Of a DNA stretch of 64,000 nt, positions 62,433-64,000 are shown one piece after another; the stretch's first letter is position 1, and every line of letters starts with the position of its first letter. The notes under the pieces were generated by a model. The model was not told where the DNA came from. It worked only from the letters and a program-made list of their open reading frames with translations, and searched no databases. The stretch spans positions 186,001 to 250,000 of the forward strand of contig QPGO01000051.1 of NCBI GenBank assembly GCA_008632985.1, in the 5' to 3' direction. A program made the position numbers and the translations under genes. Source of the stretch: Psammoneis japonica (lineage: Eukaryota).

Positions 62433-63611
62433 CAGCATTGTCTCAGCTGTTTGGCACCCCAGAGTGTGCAGTCATTTTTGAAGAAGCAGTTGACAGGTCT
62501 GCGCTGACAAGTCTCCTTGACAGCACACAAAGCACCACTCAGGAATTTCTTCTTCTTTTTCTGCAGCAAATCGTGCTAAATTTGGCCATTTTGCCACTTG
62601 TTGGCTTGGTTTGGCAGCTTCAAAAATTCTCATTGCCTGGCACTTTTGCTGTTTGTCAATTTGGGTGTCAAGCACTGGCGGTGCTTTCACCCTGCTTTCA
62701 TTTGTTGACCTGCCCCATTCAGCCCACAGCAAGAAAGAAAAATTCCATGCTTGCATCTTGGACAGATGTCAGTTGTGCCCCCCCCACAAACTTTGGCCAA
62801 ACCAGAGGCATCACACCACATGATGTGCAAAGGGCCGGGGTGTCTGGCTGCAGGCATTGTGGGGGCAAAGTTCTCAGCAACACAAGCAAATGACTTTTGT
62901 TGATCTCAGGAGGAACAGCAGCAGATTTTGAGCCATCTTTTGCCAAATCTCTTTCTTGGAGTGTGCCTGCACTGCTTTTTTGCAATGCAGATCAGGAGAA
63001 TGTGCGGGGCCATTCACAAAAGTGCCGCTTGACGCACCCGGGCATGCAGCGGCAGGTTGAGATGCAGCACCGCCAAGGGAAAACCAGTGTCGTGCTGGCG
63101 GTGCTCGAACACAACATTGTCAAAAGTTGAAAGAAGGCGAGCTCTTTTGTGCACAACTTGGCACTTCTCCCTTGTGGTCCCCACATTGAAAGATGTTGAA
63201 AGTTGCGTCTTTCAACCAAAACGTTGTTGAAAGTCATTTGGCGACAAACACTGCGATGACGCTCTGTCAATGTGTCAGAATGCTGAGTGCGTGCCAGCGC
63301 GCTGCGCATTGAAGTGAGTGAAGCATTTCATTCGTGAGTGAGTCGTGAGGCGACTCCCGCGCAGTCTCAAGTCGCAGTAGAACACATTTCTACCAAGGAC
63401 CATCAGATCGCGGGCATGTTCACAAAGCCATTGCCAAAGGATCAGCGTATCAAATTGCACATCATTAAAAGCGAGTCGAAGATCGCGGCGAACTGCAGAT
63501 CGCGAGGTTCCTGTCGATCACCTCACTTCCTTTATTATCTCCTCTCATTTTACCACAATCTGAAACTAGTGCACTTTGCTTCACTGCTCTTTCAAACAAA
63601 CACCATGTATC

Positions 63612-64000
63612 ATGACGCCGTCTCGATGGGTTGCGATTTTCATTGGTCTAGTCATCCTTGGAGTCGCGCAATGGATACTGTTGTTCTCGGCGTCCGCATA
63701 CCGCACTTTTAGCTCTCAGTTCGAGTACTCGAACGCTTACTCATCCACCGCAACTAGGTCACATAATAAAAGAGTGAACGCAGGATCTCTTCCTATTGAG
63801 GACAAAAACTGGCAATTTGCACCAGCCGAAAGCAAGGCAATTCGTAAATGGGGATGTGATTGCACCGAAACACCGTTTGTCTTTGTTCACATTGGAAAGG
63901 CCGGTGGAGGGAGTGTGAGGGGAAGACTAGCGGCAAGTAGTCACAACTACACAAGAGAAAGGCCCATGCATCCAGATATGGCTTACTATCCAGTTCTGGA
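63612..64000 (+). CDS. Second, paralogous copy of the sulfotransferase-like gene (runs off the window)
   Basis: MTPSRWVAIFIGLVILGVAQWILLFSASAYRTFSSQFEYSNAYSSTATRSH...FVFVHIGKAGGGSV; near-identical DNA to 58445-58729, with an in-frame 9-codon indel in the stem. Confidence 0.88.
   Translation, partial: MTPSRWVAIFIGLVILGVAQWILLFSASAYRTFSSQFEYSNAYSSTATRSHNKRVNAGSLPIEDKNWQFAPAESKAIRKWGCDCTETPFVFVHIGKAGGGSVRGRLAASSHNYTRERPMHPDMAYYPVL

Larger units (their letters stand above)
60050..63480 (+). mobile_element. Degenerate Ty1/Copia (CoDi-like) pol remnant
   Basis: Protease-like FCIDAAATNH (60252-60280) and KATHVPS (about 60642); integrase-like QDVRADQMASPVCPGF (about 61390) and HLSAENGV (about 61595); RNase H end HFIRE*V...VEHISTKDHQIAGMFTKPLPKDQ (about 63325-63445). 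Domain order PR-IN-(RT)-RH. No LTR pair found. Confidence 0.75.

Overview
Eukaryotic nuclear DNA, most likely from a pennate diatom (short GT-AG introns, bipartite-type plastid presequences, diatom-style Copia motifs). It is a draft assembly with two N gaps and many single-base frameshifts in otherwise intact genes. About 20 host genes are present: proteasome alpha1, a flavin monooxygenase, M17 leucyl aminopeptidase, an ARM-repeat protein, a bacterial-type PNPOx/FNR fusion head-to-head with a VOC gene, an aldo-keto reductase, a membrane-anchored GH79, an EF-hand NCKX exchanger, fused TrpEG, a PPR protein and a tandemly duplicated sulfotransferase-like gene, among others. These are interrupted by five transposon-derived islands (about 4.1-6.05, 24.6-25.6, 36.6-44.9, 48.85-52.7 and 60.05-63.36 kb). 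The strongest signal is compositional. The islands have lost almost all TpA, their cores have also lost CpG, and TpG/CpA is in large excess. At the island margins TpA is absent while CpG is intact. This is the inverse of fungal RIP and cannot be explained by 5mC deamination alone. It suggests a TE-targeted TpA->TpG/CpA (A:T->G:C) hypermutation process. That interpretation is inference, and I cannot check from here whether it has been described.
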